Origin: Elusimicrobium minutum
GTDB taxonomy: Bacteria > Elusimicrobiota > Elusimicrobia > Elusimicrobiales > UBA9959
Direction of reading: 5' to 3'
Assembly: GCA_020723765.1 (NCBI GenBank)
Contig: DYIF01000006.1
Coordinates: forward strand, 5,486 to 69,485
DNA length: 64,000 bases
Part shown: positions 1 to 11,700 of the stretch, piece by piece
Layout of the letters: each line of letters begins with the position of its first letter
Numbering within the stretch: the stretch's first letter is position 1
The notes under the pieces: generated by a model
Told to the model about the DNA's origin: nothing
The model's database searches: none
What the model saw: the letters and a program-made list of their open reading frames with translations, nothing else
Translations under genes and position numbers: made by a program

Positions 1-120
1 AAAGTTTTAATTATAGAAAAAGGCAAAATTATGTTTGAAGGGAGTTGCGAAGAGTTTAAAGCGGTTCAGAATACAAACACTTTTAAAGAAGCTTATCTTA
101 AATACAGGGGAGTTTTATGA
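1..120 (+). CDS. ABC transporter ATP-binding protein, C-terminal fragment (5' end outside window)
   Basis: Frame 1 is open from base 1 to TGA at 118-120 (KVLIIEKGKIMFEGSCEEFKAVQNTNTFKEAYLKYRGVL*). This looks like the C-terminal tail of an ABC ATPase. ATGA overlap with the downstream ABC-2 permease gene. Confidence 0.5.
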   Translation, partial: KVLIIEKGKIMFEGSCEEFKAVQNTNTFKEAYLKYRGVL

Positions 121-893
121 AAAGGGTTATTACGGTTTTTTTAAACGAACTAAAGTATTCGTTTATAATTCTCAATAGATACAGAATAAACTGGATGTTC
201 GGGCTTTCAAATCTATTTTTAAGCGTTTTATTTTTAAATTTAGGAATAAAATCTTTTGGCAATTACGTGACGGAAAATGTGTTAGATTTAAAGCTTACTC
301 AGATGATAATAGGCCTTTTTGTTTTTATAGTTATAGCGGAAGGATTAAATAATATCATAAGCAAGATAACCCAAGCCAAGCAGTCGGGGGTTCTTGAGCA
401 GATTATTGTTAATCCTTTGGGCTCAAAATATATTTTTGTAATTAAATTTTTTGCTGATTTCGTAATAGTTTTTATAAGCATAGCTATAATAATTCCTCTT
501 ACTATGATTATAACTTCTAAAATCATATCCTTTAATATCTATAAACTTATTATTCTTCTTATCCCGCTTCTTTTTTGTACTTTGGGGGTGGGGTTAATTT
601 TGGGCGGAGCCACTTTGGTTTTTAAAAAACTTCAATCTGCGACTCATTTGATGCAATTTTTAATACTTACTCTAATGGTAATCCCTTCTTATCCGATTAC
701 CCCATATTCTTTTTTGCCTATAACCGTTGAAAGTATGGCTATAAATAAAGTTTTCTCATCCCAGATATCTTTAAGTTTTGGATTGCTCGCTTTTCTTTAC
801 GCTCATAGCTTTGCTTATTTTATTTTGGGGCTTTTAGTTTATTCTAAATTTGAAGATTACGCCAAAACCAAAGGGATATTAGGCCATTATTAA
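117..893 (+). CDS. ABC-2 type transporter permease
   Basis: 258-aa polytopic hydrophobic protein with about 6 TM segments. It is start/stop-coupled to the preceding ATPase fragment. Size and topology fit ABC-2 permeases. Confidence 0.6.
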   Translation: MKRVITVFLNELKYSFIILNRYRINWMFGLSNLFLSVLFLNLGIKSFGNYVTENVLDLKLTQMIIGLFVFIVIAEGLNNIISKITQAKQSGVLEQIIVNPLGSKYIFVIKFFADFVIVFISIAIIIPLTMIITSKIISFNIYKLIILLIPLLFCTLGVGLILGGATLVFKKLQSATHLMQFLILTLMVIPSYPITPYSFLPITVESMAINKVFSSQISLSFGLLAFLYAHSFAYFILGLLVYSKFEDYAKTKGILGHY

Positions 894-966
894 TTCTTAT
901 ATTCCGAAATTTTATCTTCAGACTATTTGTTTTTTCATAATTTATATAATATGATTATCGTTTATT

Positions 967-1989
967 ATGAAGTTTATAAATATAAATGCCAAAACGAAAA
1001 ACAAACCTAATTTAAAAACCTTAAAAGCCGCTTCTTTTATAGAAATGGGCGAAAATGAAATGGCCAATCTTATCGAAGAAATAAAAAATTCAAGGCTTTT
1101 TAAGCTTCTAAAAGCCTATGGTGCCATTAAAACAAACGGGTTTAAAAAATACAACATATCCAGTAATTCGGTGGAGAATCTCCCGAGCGTAGATAACGAA
1201 GATTCGGATATATCTTATCTGTTTGAAAACGAAGAAACCTTAAACCTGATAAAAAAAATGGGAGCCGAGAAGTTTAAAAAATATTTTTTGGACGGCGGGT
1301 TTGGCGAGGCCGAGATTGAAAAACAATTAAAAATTTCAAAACAAGATATAATTAAAATAAAAGATATCGTTTCAAAAGTTTTTGTCAAAGAAGAGTTTTC
1401 AAAAACCAACGCTAAAAAAACGGATTTTAGGCCGAATTACTGCGTTGCGGAAATTAAAATAGAGGGGGAAAAGATACTCCCTTGTTTTTACAATAAAAAC
1501 ATCTGGAAAGACAGGTTTGAGATAGACAAGCAAAAGCTCAAAGAATACATAAAAATATCCGGAGACAAAGAAGATGAGATAAAAGAGATAATAGAAAAGA
1601 TATCTTTAATAGAATACAAAAAATCGTCTTTAGTCTCGCTTATAGAATATTTAATCAAAGAGCAGAAAAAATTTTTAATCTTTGAAAACTACGATCTTTT
1701 AAACGTTTTGACTCAAAAAAAGGCCGCAAGAGATATAGGCGTTTGCGAAAGCGTCGTAAACAGGCTTATATCGGGTAGGTCCGTAAAACTAAACTCCGGT
1801 ATAATAATACCGATAAAAAATCTTTTCCCTTCGTCTAAAAAAATAAACAAAAACAGATTTAAAAAAATATTTTCCAAAAACCAAAACCTGACCGACAAGG
1901 AGCTTTTGGATTTGTTTAATAAAAAATACGGCTTAAAACTTTCAAGAAGAACGATAAACCAATACAAAAACGAAATTAAAGAATTATAA
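967..1989 (+). CDS. rpoN: RNA polymerase sigma-54-like factor (unusually short, 340 aa)
   Basis: C-terminal HTH-like segment [28 protein letters not shown]...PIKNLFPSS followed by an RpoN-box-like [13 protein letters not shown]. The N-terminus [27 protein letters not shown] resembles region I. Confidence 0.6.
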   Translation: MKFININAKTKNKPNLKTLKAASFIEMGENEMANLIEEIKNSRLFKLLKAYGAIKTNGFKKYNISSNSVENLPSVDNEDSDISYLFENEETLNLIKKMGAEKFKKYFLDGGFGEAEIEKQLKISKQDIIKIKDIVSKVFVKEEFSKTNAKKTDFRPNYCVAEIKIEGEKILPCFYNKNIWKDRFEIDKQKLKEYIKISGDKEDEIKEIIEKISLIEYKKSSLVSLIEYLIKEQKKFLIFENYDLLNVLTQKKAARDIGVCESVVNRLISGRSVKLNSGIIIPIKNLFPSSKKINKNRFKKIFSKNQNLTDKELLDLFNKKYGLKLSRRTINQYKNEIKEL

Positions 1990-3423
1990 TTTTTTTAATA
2001 TATCCATCACTATCTTCGGGTTTGCTCTCCCTTTGGATTGTTTCATAACATAACCTACGATAGGGCCTGTGGCTTTTTCGTTTCCGTTTTTAAAGTCTTC
2101 AAAAGCTTTTTTGTTTAACTCAACCGCTTCTTTTACGAATTTTTCTATTTCGGATAAATCGTTTGTTTGTTTTAATCCCAATTTTTCAACCAAAATGGAC
2201 GGGCTTTCGTTTGTTTTTATAGCCTCTTCGAAAAGTTTTTTCGCTCCGGCGCTTGAAACCTCGTTAGCCGATAAAAGTTTGGCTATCTCAAACACAAACT
2301 TCGGGTTTGGGGCTTTGGTTTCGATATCGGCTTCATCTATTTTTTGCTGGTTTATGTATCCCAAAACCTGAGTGTTTATTATATTAAGAGAATTTTTAAT
2401 TGTTTCTTTTTCGCTTGTAAAAGAAAGTATTTTTTCAAAATAAGAATTAAGATATCTGGAAGAAGTTATAGTTTCTATGTCTTCCTCTTTTACTCCGAAT
2501 TTTAAAACATATTCTTTTTTAATCTGATAAGGAAGTTTTCCCAAAGATTTTTTAATGTTTTCTATTTTCTCTTCTTCTATGTTTAACGGGGGAAGGTCTG
2601 GGTCGGGGAAGTATCTGTAATCGTTTGCCATCTCTTTGGTTCTCATAACTACGGTTATCCCTTTGCTTGCGTCCCAGAGCCTCGTTTCATGTTCAATGTT
2701 TTCTCCTTTTAATTTCGCCTCGGTTTGCCTTTTAATTTCGTAATTTAGCGCGTCTTTTACCGCTTTAAAAGAATTTAAATTTTTTATCTCCACTTTGGTC
2801 CCAAACTTTTCCGTTCCTTTTTCTCGTATGGAAACGTTTACGTCGCATCTAAGCTCGCCTTTTTCCATATCGCAGTTGGATACGTCTATCCATCTTAAAA
2901 GTTTTTTAAGTTCGGTAAGATACTCGTAAGCCTCGTCCGGCGTTCTCATATCCGCTTCGCTTACTATCTCCACAAGCGGAACGCCGCATCTGTTAAAATC
3001 AACAAGCGTATGCTCCAATTTCTCGCTTCCTATGGCGTGAAGCGATTTGCCCGCGTCTTCTTCTAAATGCGCTCTTTTTATCCTTATTTTTTTGTTAGAA
3101 ATCTCTATATATCCGTTTTCGCATATCGGAAGCTCGTACTGGGATATCTGGTATCCTTTGGGAAGGTCCGGATAGAAGTAATTTTTTCTCGCAAAAACCG
3201 AAAATTTGTTTATCGAGCAGTTTAATGCGTGGCCTATTTTTATCGCCATCTCCACCGCTTTTTCGTTCGGTTTAGGTAGCGCCCCCGGTTGAGCCGTGCA
3301 TACTGGGCATATAGATGAGTTTGCGGGGGAGTTAGAATCCACTATTTTGCACGAGCAAAACATCTTGGTTTGTGTTTTAAGCTGGGTGTGTATTTCAAGC
3401 CCTATTACAGATTCAAATTCCAT
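1984..3423 (-). CDS. gatB: Asp-tRNA(Asn)/Glu-tRNA(Gln) amidotransferase subunit B
   Basis: 479 aa. N-terminus [25 protein letters not shown] and C-terminal GatB/YqeY-like tail ([17 protein letters not shown]). Last gene of a gatC-gatA-nudix-gatB string. Confidence 0.95.
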   Translation of the reverse strand: MEFESVIGLEIHTQLKTQTKMFCSCKIVDSNSPANSSICPVCTAQPGALPKPNEKAVEMAIKIGHALNCSINKFSVFARKNYFYPDLPKGYQISQYELPICENGYIEISNKKIRIKRAHLEEDAGKSLHAIGSEKLEHTLVDFNRCGVPLVEIVSEADMRTPDEAYEYLTELKKLLRWIDVSNCDMEKGELRCDVNVSIREKGTEKFGTKVEIKNLNSFKAVKDALNYEIKRQTEAKLKGENIEHETRLWDASKGITVVMRTKEMANDYRYFPDPDLPPLNIEEEKIENIKKSLGKLPYQIKKEYVLKFGVKEEDIETITSSRYLNSYFEKILSFTSEKETIKNSLNIINTQVLGYINQQKIDEADIETKAPNPKFVFEIAKLLSANEVSSAGAKKLFEEAIKTNESPSILVEKLGLKQTNDLSEIEKFVKEAVELNKKAFEDFKNGNEKATGPIVGYVMKQSKGRANPKIVMDILKKL

Positions 3424-3841
3424 TTTTTCCTCCGATCTTATCTATTTTTTTTATGATTTCCCTATCGCTTTCATACTCCGCCATCTCCAGAGCTTTATTA
3501 AAATCCGCCCATCTTATTTCTTCTATCTCGTCGGGGGTTTGTATCTCTCCGCTATCTTCAACCGGCCTCATAATATACCAAAAAACTTTTTTTTCGACCT
3601 TTTGGCCGTTTCTATTAAAAAAATAATGAGATACGTAAAATTCCTTCTCGTCCGTTATTTCGCATCTAACCCCGGTCTCTTCAAAGACCTCTCTCAAAGC
3701 GGCTTTTTGTGGCGTTTCTCCTTCTTCTATGTGCCCTTTGGGAAAAGTCCAGACCTTTCTTCCGGTTATGGTGTTCATTAAGACCATAAGTATTTTTCCG
3801 TCTTTTGTTATTACCCCGCCGGCCGAAAACTCTTTTCTCAT
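3413..3841 (-). CDS. NUDIX hydrolase
   Basis: Nudix box [23 protein letters not shown] (GX5EX7REUXEEXGU). Overlaps gatA (4 nt) and gatB (11 nt). Confidence 0.85.
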   Translation of the reverse strand: MRKEFSAGGVITKDGKILMVLMNTITGRKVWTFPKGHIEEGETPQKAALREVFEETGVRCEITDEKEFYVSHYFFNRNGQKVEKKVFWYIMRPVEDSGEIQTPDEIEEIRWADFNKALEMAEYESDREIIKKIDKIGGKNGI

Positions 3842-5175
3842 AATAATCCTTTTGCCGCCTCGAAAAGATATTTTTCCGAAAACCTGTCGGCTATTATCTG
3901 AACCCCGCAGGGAAGTCCTTTAGAATCTTTGCCGTAAGGGGCGCTTAAAGCGCATACCCCGGCTAAATTAACCGGGACGGTAAATATGTCGTTTAAATAC
4001 ATCGATAGCGGGTTTTCCGACTTTTCGCCTATTTTAAAAGCGGTTGTAGGGGTGGTGGGGATAATAAGAATATCCGCGGTTTTAAAAGCTTCGTCGAAAT
4101 CTTTTTTAACAAGCGCTCTTATTTTTTGAGCTTTCAGGTAATACTCGTCGTAGTATCCCGCGCTTAAAGCGTATGTTCCAAGTATTATTCTTCTTTTAAC
4201 CTCCGTTCCAAACCCTTTTCCTCTGGTCTTTTCGTATGAAGACTCTAAATCCTTTCCTTCCTCGTATCTGCCGTATCTTATGCCGTCGAATCTCGCTAAA
4301 TTGGAAGAGGCCTCGCTTGAAGCGACTATGTAATAAGAGCTTATCGCGTATTTCAGATGAGGCATTTTAATTTTAACCGTTTTTTTAGTTTTTTTTGAAA
4401 GCTCGCCTATCGCTTTATTAAAGTTTTCAATAACCGCTTCGTCGCATCCTTTTTCATCAAACTCTATTATCCCTAAACTCATATCCGATAGTTTTTTGTC
4501 GGAATGTTCTTTCATTTCTTTGTATGTTGTGGAATCGTTAGGGTCAAACCCTTTTATCGTATCGTAAGCCGATTTTAAATCATCTATAGTTTTTGCAAAA
4601 GGGCCTATCTGGTCTAAGCTTGAAGCAAACGCTATGAGCCCGTATCTTGAGACCGTTCCGTATGTGGGCTTAAGTCCGTATATTCCGCAAAAAGATGCGG
4701 GTTGCCTTATAGAGCCGCCGGTATCGGAGCCCAAAGAAATATCCGCAAAATCCGCGGCAACCGCCGCGGCAGAGCCCCCGGATGAGCCGCCCGGAACGTA
4801 ATCGGTATTTATCGGGTTTCTGGTCGGAAAATATGCCGAGTTTTCGTTGGATGAGCCCATCGCAAACTCGTCCATATTGGTTCTTCCTATTATTATCGCA
4901 TCCTCATCAATCATCTTTTTTACCGCCGTTGCGGTGTATGAGGATATATGTCCTTTTAAAATTTTAGACCCGGCTGTTATCTCTTTTCCTTCAAAAAGCA
5001 TGTTGTCTTTTATGGCCACTATCTTGCCGTATAGTTTTCCTTTTTCTTTTTTTAACTCCAATTCTTTCGCTCTTTTTATGGAATCCTCTTCCCATACCTC
5101 TATGAAAGATTTGATCTTTCCGTCTTTTTCTTTTATTTTATTTATATGTTCTCTTACTTTTTCCTCTAAATTCAT
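3838..5175 (-). CDS. gatA: Glu-tRNA(Gln) amidotransferase subunit A (amidase signature family)
   Basis: 445 aa. Amidase signature GGSSGGSAAAVAA...GSDTGGSIRQPASFCG. Confidence 0.95.
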   Translation of the reverse strand: MNLEEKVREHINKIKEKDGKIKSFIEVWEEDSIKRAKELELKKEKGKLYGKIVAIKDNMLFEGKEITAGSKILKGHISSYTATAVKKMIDEDAIIIGRTNMDEFAMGSSNENSAYFPTRNPINTDYVPGGSSGGSAAAVAADFADISLGSDTGGSIRQPASFCGIYGLKPTYGTVSRYGLIAFASSLDQIGPFAKTIDDLKSAYDTIKGFDPNDSTTYKEMKEHSDKKLSDMSLGIIEFDEKGCDEAVIENFNKAIGELSKKTKKTVKIKMPHLKYAISSYYIVASSEASSNLARFDGIRYGRYEEGKDLESSYEKTRGKGFGTEVKRRIILGTYALSAGYYDEYYLKAQKIRALVKKDFDEAFKTADILIIPTTPTTAFKIGEKSENPLSMYLNDIFTVPVNLAGVCALSAPYGKDSKGLPCGVQIIADRFSEKYLFEAAKGLL

Positions 5176-5183
5176 AAATCACC

Positions 5184-5456
5184 TCATTCTATAACTTTTT
5201 TGACTTTTGCGAAATCATATTCTCTATTCGGAAAATTTTTAATTATCCGCTCTCTGTTTCCAAAAAACTCTTCCCTATCATTTCTCAAATTGTTTTCCAT
5301 CCCGGTTATAGAAAAAATCGGCTCTATTCCGTCGGTGTTTGTCTCGTTTAACTCGTCTATCCATTTCATTATATTTTCAAATTGTTTTGAAAACTTTTCT
5401 TTTTCCTCTTCGCTTAATTCCAATCTCGCCAATTTCGAAACTTTTTCTATGTCCAT
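5184..5456 (-). CDS. gatC: Glu-tRNA(Gln) amidotransferase subunit C
   Basis: 90 aa. KLARLELSEEEKEKFSKQFENIMKWIDELNE is typical of GatC. Sits directly upstream of gatA. Confidence 0.9.
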   Translation of the reverse strand: MDIEKVSKLARLELSEEEKEKFSKQFENIMKWIDELNETNTDGIEPIFSITGMENNLRNDREEFFGNRERIIKNFPNREYDFAKVKKVIE

Positions 5457-5483
5457 CTTTCCTCCGTCTTTTTTAAATGGAAT

Positions 5484-7661
5484 TTACAGTATTTCTATCG
5501 GCGCGAATTTTAACATAAAAGTATGAACCGAGCCGTTATCGAATTTGATTTTAATTTTGGCAAACTCTCCGCTTCCTATTATCTCTACCACCGTTCCTTT
5601 TCCGAAAATCGGATGTATTACCTTTCTTCCGGACATCGGTTTGGGTTTTGAAAGCGTTTTTGCTTCTATTATTTTTATGTCGTCCGGCGCTTTGTTTTTG
5701 GAATAATTTACGAGGTTTGCTTCTATTATAAACCTCGACATCATATTCGGATAAGTTTTGCCGAAAAGCCTTCTGGTCTCGGCCCAGGAAAGATATAATT
5801 TTTTTCTGGCTCTTGTCATCCCCACATAACAAAGCCTTCTTTCCTCTTCCATATCCTCCTCGTCCGAGTTTGCGGCGTTTATTGGAAAAAGCCCTTCCTC
5901 AAGCCCGGTTATAAAAACCGTATCGAACTCAAGCCCTTTGGCCAAATGCAAAGTCATAAGCGTTACTGTGTTAGAGTCCTCTTTCATATTGTCTATGTCC
6001 GATTGGAGCGAAACCTCTTCAAGATATTTGGATATCGTGGCGGGTTCGTTTTTGGCTTTGCAATCTTGCTCAAATTGCTCCACCGCGTTTACAAGTTCCT
6101 GTAAGTTTGAAAGCCTCATAAAAGCCGTTTCTTTGTCTTTCTCGGCCTCGTCTTCAATCATCTGCCAGTACCCCGATTTTAATAAAAGATTTTCCAAAAG
6201 ATTGTGCGGCTTTAAGTTTTGAAGATTTTCTTTAAATTCTTTTATAAGATTTATAAATTCTTCTATCCCTTTTTTAACCCCTTCCGAAACCGGAAGCTCG
6301 TCCAGTAAAAGCGCGTCGAAAAAAGGAACTCCCTTTATTCTCGAAAACTCGTTTATCTTTTCTATGGTCTTATCTCCTATTCCTCTGGCCGGAAGGTTTA
6401 TTATCCTCATCAAGCTTACGGTGTCTCTCGGATTTATTATAACCCTAAGATACGCCAAAGCGTCTTTTATCTCTTTTCTTTCATAGAACCTGACGGTCCC
6501 TATAAGCCTGTAAGGAATCCTGTATTTTCTTAAGGCCTCTTCGAAGTTTCGGCTCTGGGCGTTTGTCCTGTAGAATACCGCTATTTGCGAGTAGTTTTGA
6601 GTTTCCGCGGTTTTTGTTTTTATTATCCTTGCTATCCTTTCCGCTTCGTCTATCTCGTTTGCGGTTTCCAACAACTCCACTTTCTCTCCCACTCCGTTTT
6701 CGGTCCATAGATTTTTCTCTTTTCTTTTTTTGTTATTTTTAATGACTCTATTCGCCGCATCCAGTATGGTGGATGTGGAGCGGTAGTTTTGCTCAAGCGC
6801 TATAACTTTCGCGTCTTTAAAATCCGCCTCAAACTGAAGAATGTTTTTTATATCCGCCCCTCTCCAGCCGTATATGGACTGGTCGGGATCTCCCACAACG
6901 CAAAGGTCTCTCGTTTTCTCGGATAAAATCTTAACGAGCATATACTGCGCCCTGTTAGTATCCTGATACTCGTCCACAAGTATATACCTGAAATAATTTT
7001 GATAATAGTTTAAAAGATCCAAATTGCTTTTTAATATCTCCACCGGCTTGGATATCAAATCCCCAAAATCAACCGCGTTTGACTCCGAAAGCCTTTTCTG
7101 ATACTCGAAATATATCTGAGCCGCTTTTATCCTTTCGGGGTTTCCGTTTATTCTCGCATTCAAAAGATATGACTCGGAGTCCATCAAATCGTCCTTCGCC
7201 CTTGAAATTATGGAAAGATAAACCGACGCCTTGTTCTTGTCTTTTTCAAACCCCAAATCTTTCATTACGAGATTCAAAAGTTTCTTCTGGTCGTCCTCGT
7301 CGTATATGGCGAAATCTTTGTTTAGTTTCGCTTCTTTGTAATGCATTCTTAAAAATTTAGCTCCGAATGAATGGAATGTGGAGCACCACAGCCCGTAAGC
7401 GTCGGGCACAAGCTTTACCACCCTCGTTCTCATCTCTTCGGCGGCTTTATTGGTAAATGTTATTGCTAAAATCCTCGATGCGGGCACTCCTCCGTTTGCA
7501 AGTATCGCAAGCTTTGATATCAATGTTTTGGTTTTGCCGGTCCCCGCCCCGGCTATAATCAAAAGAGGCGAGTTAAAATAAAGCGCCGCCTCCAATTGTT
7601 TTTCGTTTAAGGCAAGTTTTTTGATAAACTCATGGTCTAAATTTATTTCTGTAAGGTCCAC
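5484..7661 (-). CDS. pcrA: ATP-dependent DNA helicase, UvrD/PcrA family
   Basis: 725 aa. Walker A AGAGTGKTKTL, motif II ILVDEYQDTN, and the QNYRST and TLHLAKGLEFD motifs. Confidence 0.9.
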   Translation of the reverse strand: MDLTEINLDHEFIKKLALNEKQLEAALYFNSPLLIIAGAGTGKTKTLISKLAILANGGVPASRILAITFTNKAAEEMRTRVVKLVPDAYGLWCSTFHSFGAKFLRMHYKEAKLNKDFAIYDEDDQKKLLNLVMKDLGFEKDKNKASVYLSIISRAKDDLMDSESYLLNARINGNPERIKAAQIYFEYQKRLSESNAVDFGDLISKPVEILKSNLDLLNYYQNYFRYILVDEYQDTNRAQYMLVKILSEKTRDLCVVGDPDQSIYGWRGADIKNILQFEADFKDAKVIALEQNYRSTSTILDAANRVIKNNKKRKEKNLWTENGVGEKVELLETANEIDEAERIARIIKTKTAETQNYSQIAVFYRTNAQSRNFEEALRKYRIPYRLIGTVRFYERKEIKDALAYLRVIINPRDTVSLMRIINLPARGIGDKTIEKINEFSRIKGVPFFDALLLDELPVSEGVKKGIEEFINLIKEFKENLQNLKPHNLLENLLLKSGYWQMIEDEAEKDKETAFMRLSNLQELVNAVEQFEQDCKAKNEPATISKYLEEVSLQSDIDNMKEDSNTVTLMTLHLAKGLEFDTVFITGLEEGLFPINAANSDEEDMEEERRLCYVGMTRARKKLYLSWAETRRLFGKTYPNMMSRFIIEANLVNYSKNKAPDDIKIIEAKTLSKPKPMSGRKVIHPIFGKGTVVEIIGSGEFAKIKIKFDNGSVHTFMLKFAPIEIL

Positions 7662-7835
7662 ATATTCATTTTATCAAAAAAAGAAAAACTAAAAAAATTT
7701 AAAACCTAAAACCGATAATATAATCGAAATTTGCATTAAAAAACTAAAAAATAAATATAATAATCTTATGGCGGATTGGATGGATAAAAAATAAAAATAA
7801 TTGAAAAATGGCAGATAATGTTTTACTATAAAAAT

Positions 7836-7865
7836 TTGACTTAATAAGTTAATTTTTTTTATAAA
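7836..7865 (+). promoter_or_regulatory. Putative sigma-70 promoter of the SIR2/TIR operon
   Basis: TTGACT (7836-7841), 18-nt spacer, TATAAA (7860-7865). It lies about 14 nt upstream of the ATG at 7879, so the leader would be very short. AT-rich context makes chance matches likely. Confidence 0.3.
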
Positions 7866-7878
7866 AATATTTAATGAT

Positions 7879-8727
7879 ATGAATATGGATAAAGTCATGT
7901 TTTTTGATTCCTTAGATTTTAGTAACAATGATTATAGAAAACTTCTTTTTTTATTAAAAAGTTCTAAAGTTTGTTTTTTTATTGGCAGCGGTTTTTCTAA
8001 TTATATAAAAGATTACCCAACTTGGGATAAATTGACTGAGATACTTTGTGAAAAATTGAATTATAAATATGAAAACTGTAAAGAAATAGATAATAGACGT
8101 TTGCTGGATATTCTTAAAAACCAAGATGAAGAAAAATTTTTAAATTATTTTGAAGAAATTTTTTTAGAAAAGGAAAAATCTGAGTTCTGTGAAAGTAGAA
8201 AAGTTAAAGTTTTTGAATATATAGATTCTTTGCTTAAGGTTAGTAATAAAAATATTATAGTTACAACAAATTGGGATAGAGAAATAGAAAAAAATTTAAA
8301 AATTAACAATAGTGATATAGCTATATATCCTAATTTAACTATTCCACCTAAAAAATATACTTATCTACATGGAAGGTTAGAAGTTAGGGATAGTTATGTG
8401 ATGACATTTGTAGATTATGTGGAAGCGAATGATAGGGATATTTATAAAAAATTTGTAAAATATTTAAGCGAAAATTATTGCGTTGTATTTATTGGTTATA
8501 GTTTAAAAGAAGATATAATAAGCCTAAACTTTACTAATTATAATAGAAATAATCATTATTTTGTAAAAGCTGTAAATATAGATAAAAAGTCTTCCCTTGA
8601 AATAGAAGCAGAATCATTATATAGAGCTCATAATATTATTACCTTTGCCTATAAAATAGAATTAGGAATTGAATTTATCTTTGAAAAATTATACGAAGAT
8701 TATTTAAAATATGGAGGTTTTGAATGA
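7879..8727 (+). CDS. SIR2-like (SIR2_2 type) domain protein, stand-alone catalytic domain
   Basis: Ordered motifs FFIGSGFS, VTTNWDREIE (TTNxD Asn), TYLHGRL (His) and VVFIGYSLKEDI. The protein is only 282 aa, leaving no room for a SLOG/Macro domain. The stop overlaps the next start (ATGA). Confidence 0.7.
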   Translation: MNMDKVMFFDSLDFSNNDYRKLLFLLKSSKVCFFIGSGFSNYIKDYPTWDKLTEILCEKLNYKYENCKEIDNRRLLDILKNQDEEKFLNYFEEIFLEKEKSEFCESRKVKVFEYIDSLLKVSNKNIIVTTNWDREIEKNLKINNSDIAIYPNLTIPPKKYTYLHGRLEVRDSYVMTFVDYVEANDRDIYKKFVKYLSENYCVVFIGYSLKEDIISLNFTNYNRNNHYFVKAVNIDKKSSLEIEAESLYRAHNIITFAYKIELGIEFIFEKLYEDYLKYGGFE

Positions 8728-11700
8728 GTAAAGTTTTTATTTCACATGTTTCTGAAGACCATAAATTTATTGAGAGATTGACTAAGAAGTTAGAAAAAGA
8801 AAAGGTAGAGTTTTGGGTTGATGATCTTGAATTAAAACCTGGTGATTCTATTGTTGAAAAAATAGAAGAAGGATTGAAAGATTCCGATATATATTTGCTT
8901 GTAATTTCTGACAATTCTATAAATAAACCTTGGTTTAAAAAAGAAATGAGTGTGGCTTTGATAAAAAAAATAAATGATAAAAAAGTGCTAATAATACCTA
9001 TACTTTTAGATTTTGATCCTAATCATCTACCAGAACTATTAAGAGATATATATTGTTTAAGGTTTTCTCGGTATGATTGGAATAATGAAGTTTTTAAACT
9101 TCTTGTTAATGTTATAAAAGATCATTTTAGAAAAAAAGAGCTTTATAATTCACAAGATAAATTTATTGAGAATGCATTTTATATAGATCATATGATAAAT
9201 AAAAAAAATGTTAATATTACTCCGAAGGAGTTAGGTTTTCTTTTGGATTTAATAAAAGAAGGTAAATATCTAAATTATTTTTTTAGGAAAGCAAAAAATC
9301 CAGAGTGGTTAAAGGTTTTGGTTAATGAAGGTTTTTTGTCTCCCGAACAATTCCCATCGCCCGAAGAAAACAAAGAACAAAAAGGATATTTCTACTTTCC
9401 TCACTGGCCAGCATTGGATTATTTGGAAAGAGTTTCAGAAAAACTAAAGGATTTAAACGAAAAAGATAGAAATGAATATATTGAAATTTTGTTAAAAATA
9501 ATTAGTGGTGTTATGGATTATCACATAAAAAATAATAAGAGATTGGATAATTTTAGAATATGGACATCTTTTGTAAAAATTCTTTCCAATATACCAAATA
9601 AAAAGATTGAGAAAGATAAGTTGGAGAGTTTTATTAAAACTTCTCTTGATTCTAATTTTAGTGTCGAAATGCAGTTTATAGAAATCGGAGAAAAATTATT
9701 GCCTAAATTTTTAAAGTCAGGCAATGTTCGGGATATCGAAAAAGCGGAGTTAATTATAAAACATTTAACACAGATAAAATGGTATCCAAAATATTCAGAA
9801 AAGCAAAGAGAAAAGTTTGAAGAAAATGAAGAATCTCCAAAACTCTTAGCCGGCGAGTACTGGTTTTACAAAATATTTAATGAAAACAGGGAACTAATCG
9901 CTGAGAGGGTCTCAGATGATACAGTTTTGATATTTGTCGATAGATTAGTTGAAATTTTTGAAAAAAGATACAAAGTAAAATTTGATTACTCTAATATATG
10001 GATTAGAGCAATAAAAGATGAGGCCGATCCTGATGAGGTTGAAACCGCTATTGCTCTGGTTTTAAGAGATGTCCTTAAAATTAGAGCAAGTAAAATAGAC
10101 ATAACTCCTATTATAGACAAATTAACATCGGGGGAATATTTTGATTATTCGTTTTTTAAAAGATTAATAATTTTTTTAATAGCAGAGAGTTTTGAAAAAT
10201 TAAAAAATATATTTAAACCGCTTTTAGAAAAAGAAGGGGAATTGTATTTTAACGATATAACTTATGAACCTGAGCTTTATTATCTTTTACAAAAAAATTC
10301 GAATAAACTTTCTGAGTTTTCAGATGTTATTGTTGATATAATAGAAAACAAAGTTCCAGAGAGAGATATCGAAATTGAAAATGAAGTTCGAAAAGAAAAA
10401 ATAATATCAAATGTAAGGCTAAAATGGTATTCCGCATTAAAGGATAACAATGTTTTTAAAGAATATTACGATAAATATTTAGAAAAAGTCGGAGAAGAGC
10501 CAAAACCATATTTTACTATGCCAAGAACATATGTCGGCCCTGGCCCATCGCCTTTAACAAAAGAAGAGATTTTAAATATGGAGGGTACAGAACTTGTAGA
10601 TTACATTAAAAATTTTAAACTCCAAACAAAACTTTCTTTTGGCGAAAAACCAACCGCGAGAGGATTTGCCGAGATGATTAAAGTTAGCGCTAAAGAAAAG
10701 CCTGAAAAATTTATAAAAAATTTTAAAGAATATGCTGAAATGCCATTTTTTTATTTTGCAGATATTTTGTGGGGGGTATATGACGTTTTAAGTAAAAACA
10801 AAATTGAAGTTGATAATATTAAAATTTTTATTAGTAATATATCAGAATATTTTAAAACAGATAAATTTTGGAATGATAAGTATTATTTAAAACCGAATAA
10901 TTTTGACATTTATCATGCTGACCACTTATCTATAATTAGCATTGTTTTTGTTATTTTTAATAAGATTATAGAGCAAGAAAATATTAAAAAAGATATAACA
11001 ATAATCTCGCTTATTTGGGATATAACCATAAATGTTATTGATAAAATAACTGAAAGAAAAGAAATAAAAAAATATAATGACGAAGATGATTGGTATCTTA
11101 CTAATTCAACATTGGCAAATATAATTAGAGTTTTAATTAATCTTTTATATTTACAAAAAATGAGTAGTAATATAGGTGAAATTATTAAAATTTTTAATAA
11201 TAGTTTCAACAGTTTATTGAATAATCAGTGTATAGAATCTGTTTTCTGGTTTGGAGCAAAATTCCCTTTTTTATATTCAGTTAATAAAGAATGGACTCAA
11301 AAAACAATTGAATTTATAAGAATCGATAATAAAAAATGGGAAATATTTATGTTAGGTTACACATGGAATAATCGTTTTGATTATGATTCTTATCGCTTTC
11401 TAAAGGAGGATTATGAAAAAGCCTTGGAATATAATTTTAAACAAGGAGATGATAGAATAAAAAGTTTTTTGGTTCAAAACATATGTTATTCATATTTGTC
11501 TAAAAAAGAGAATTTAGGTGATAATAATAGTTTGTTCTCTAAGTTGCTTGAAGAATGGGATTATAAATACATCGAAGAAATAATAGATTTTTTCTGGAGA
11601 CATAGAGACAAAAAAAATGAAGAAATATCTGGGCGAATTATTGATTTCTGGAGATTGATATTTAAAAACAAGTGCGAATATCCTGAAACATTAATTAATG

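Noticed and set aside
7689-7928. 79-aa minus-strand ORF in the pcrA/SIR2 intergenic region.
   Set aside because: The sequence is extremely AT-rich and low-complexity (F/I/L/K/N). It overlaps the SIR2 gene start and the putative promoter.
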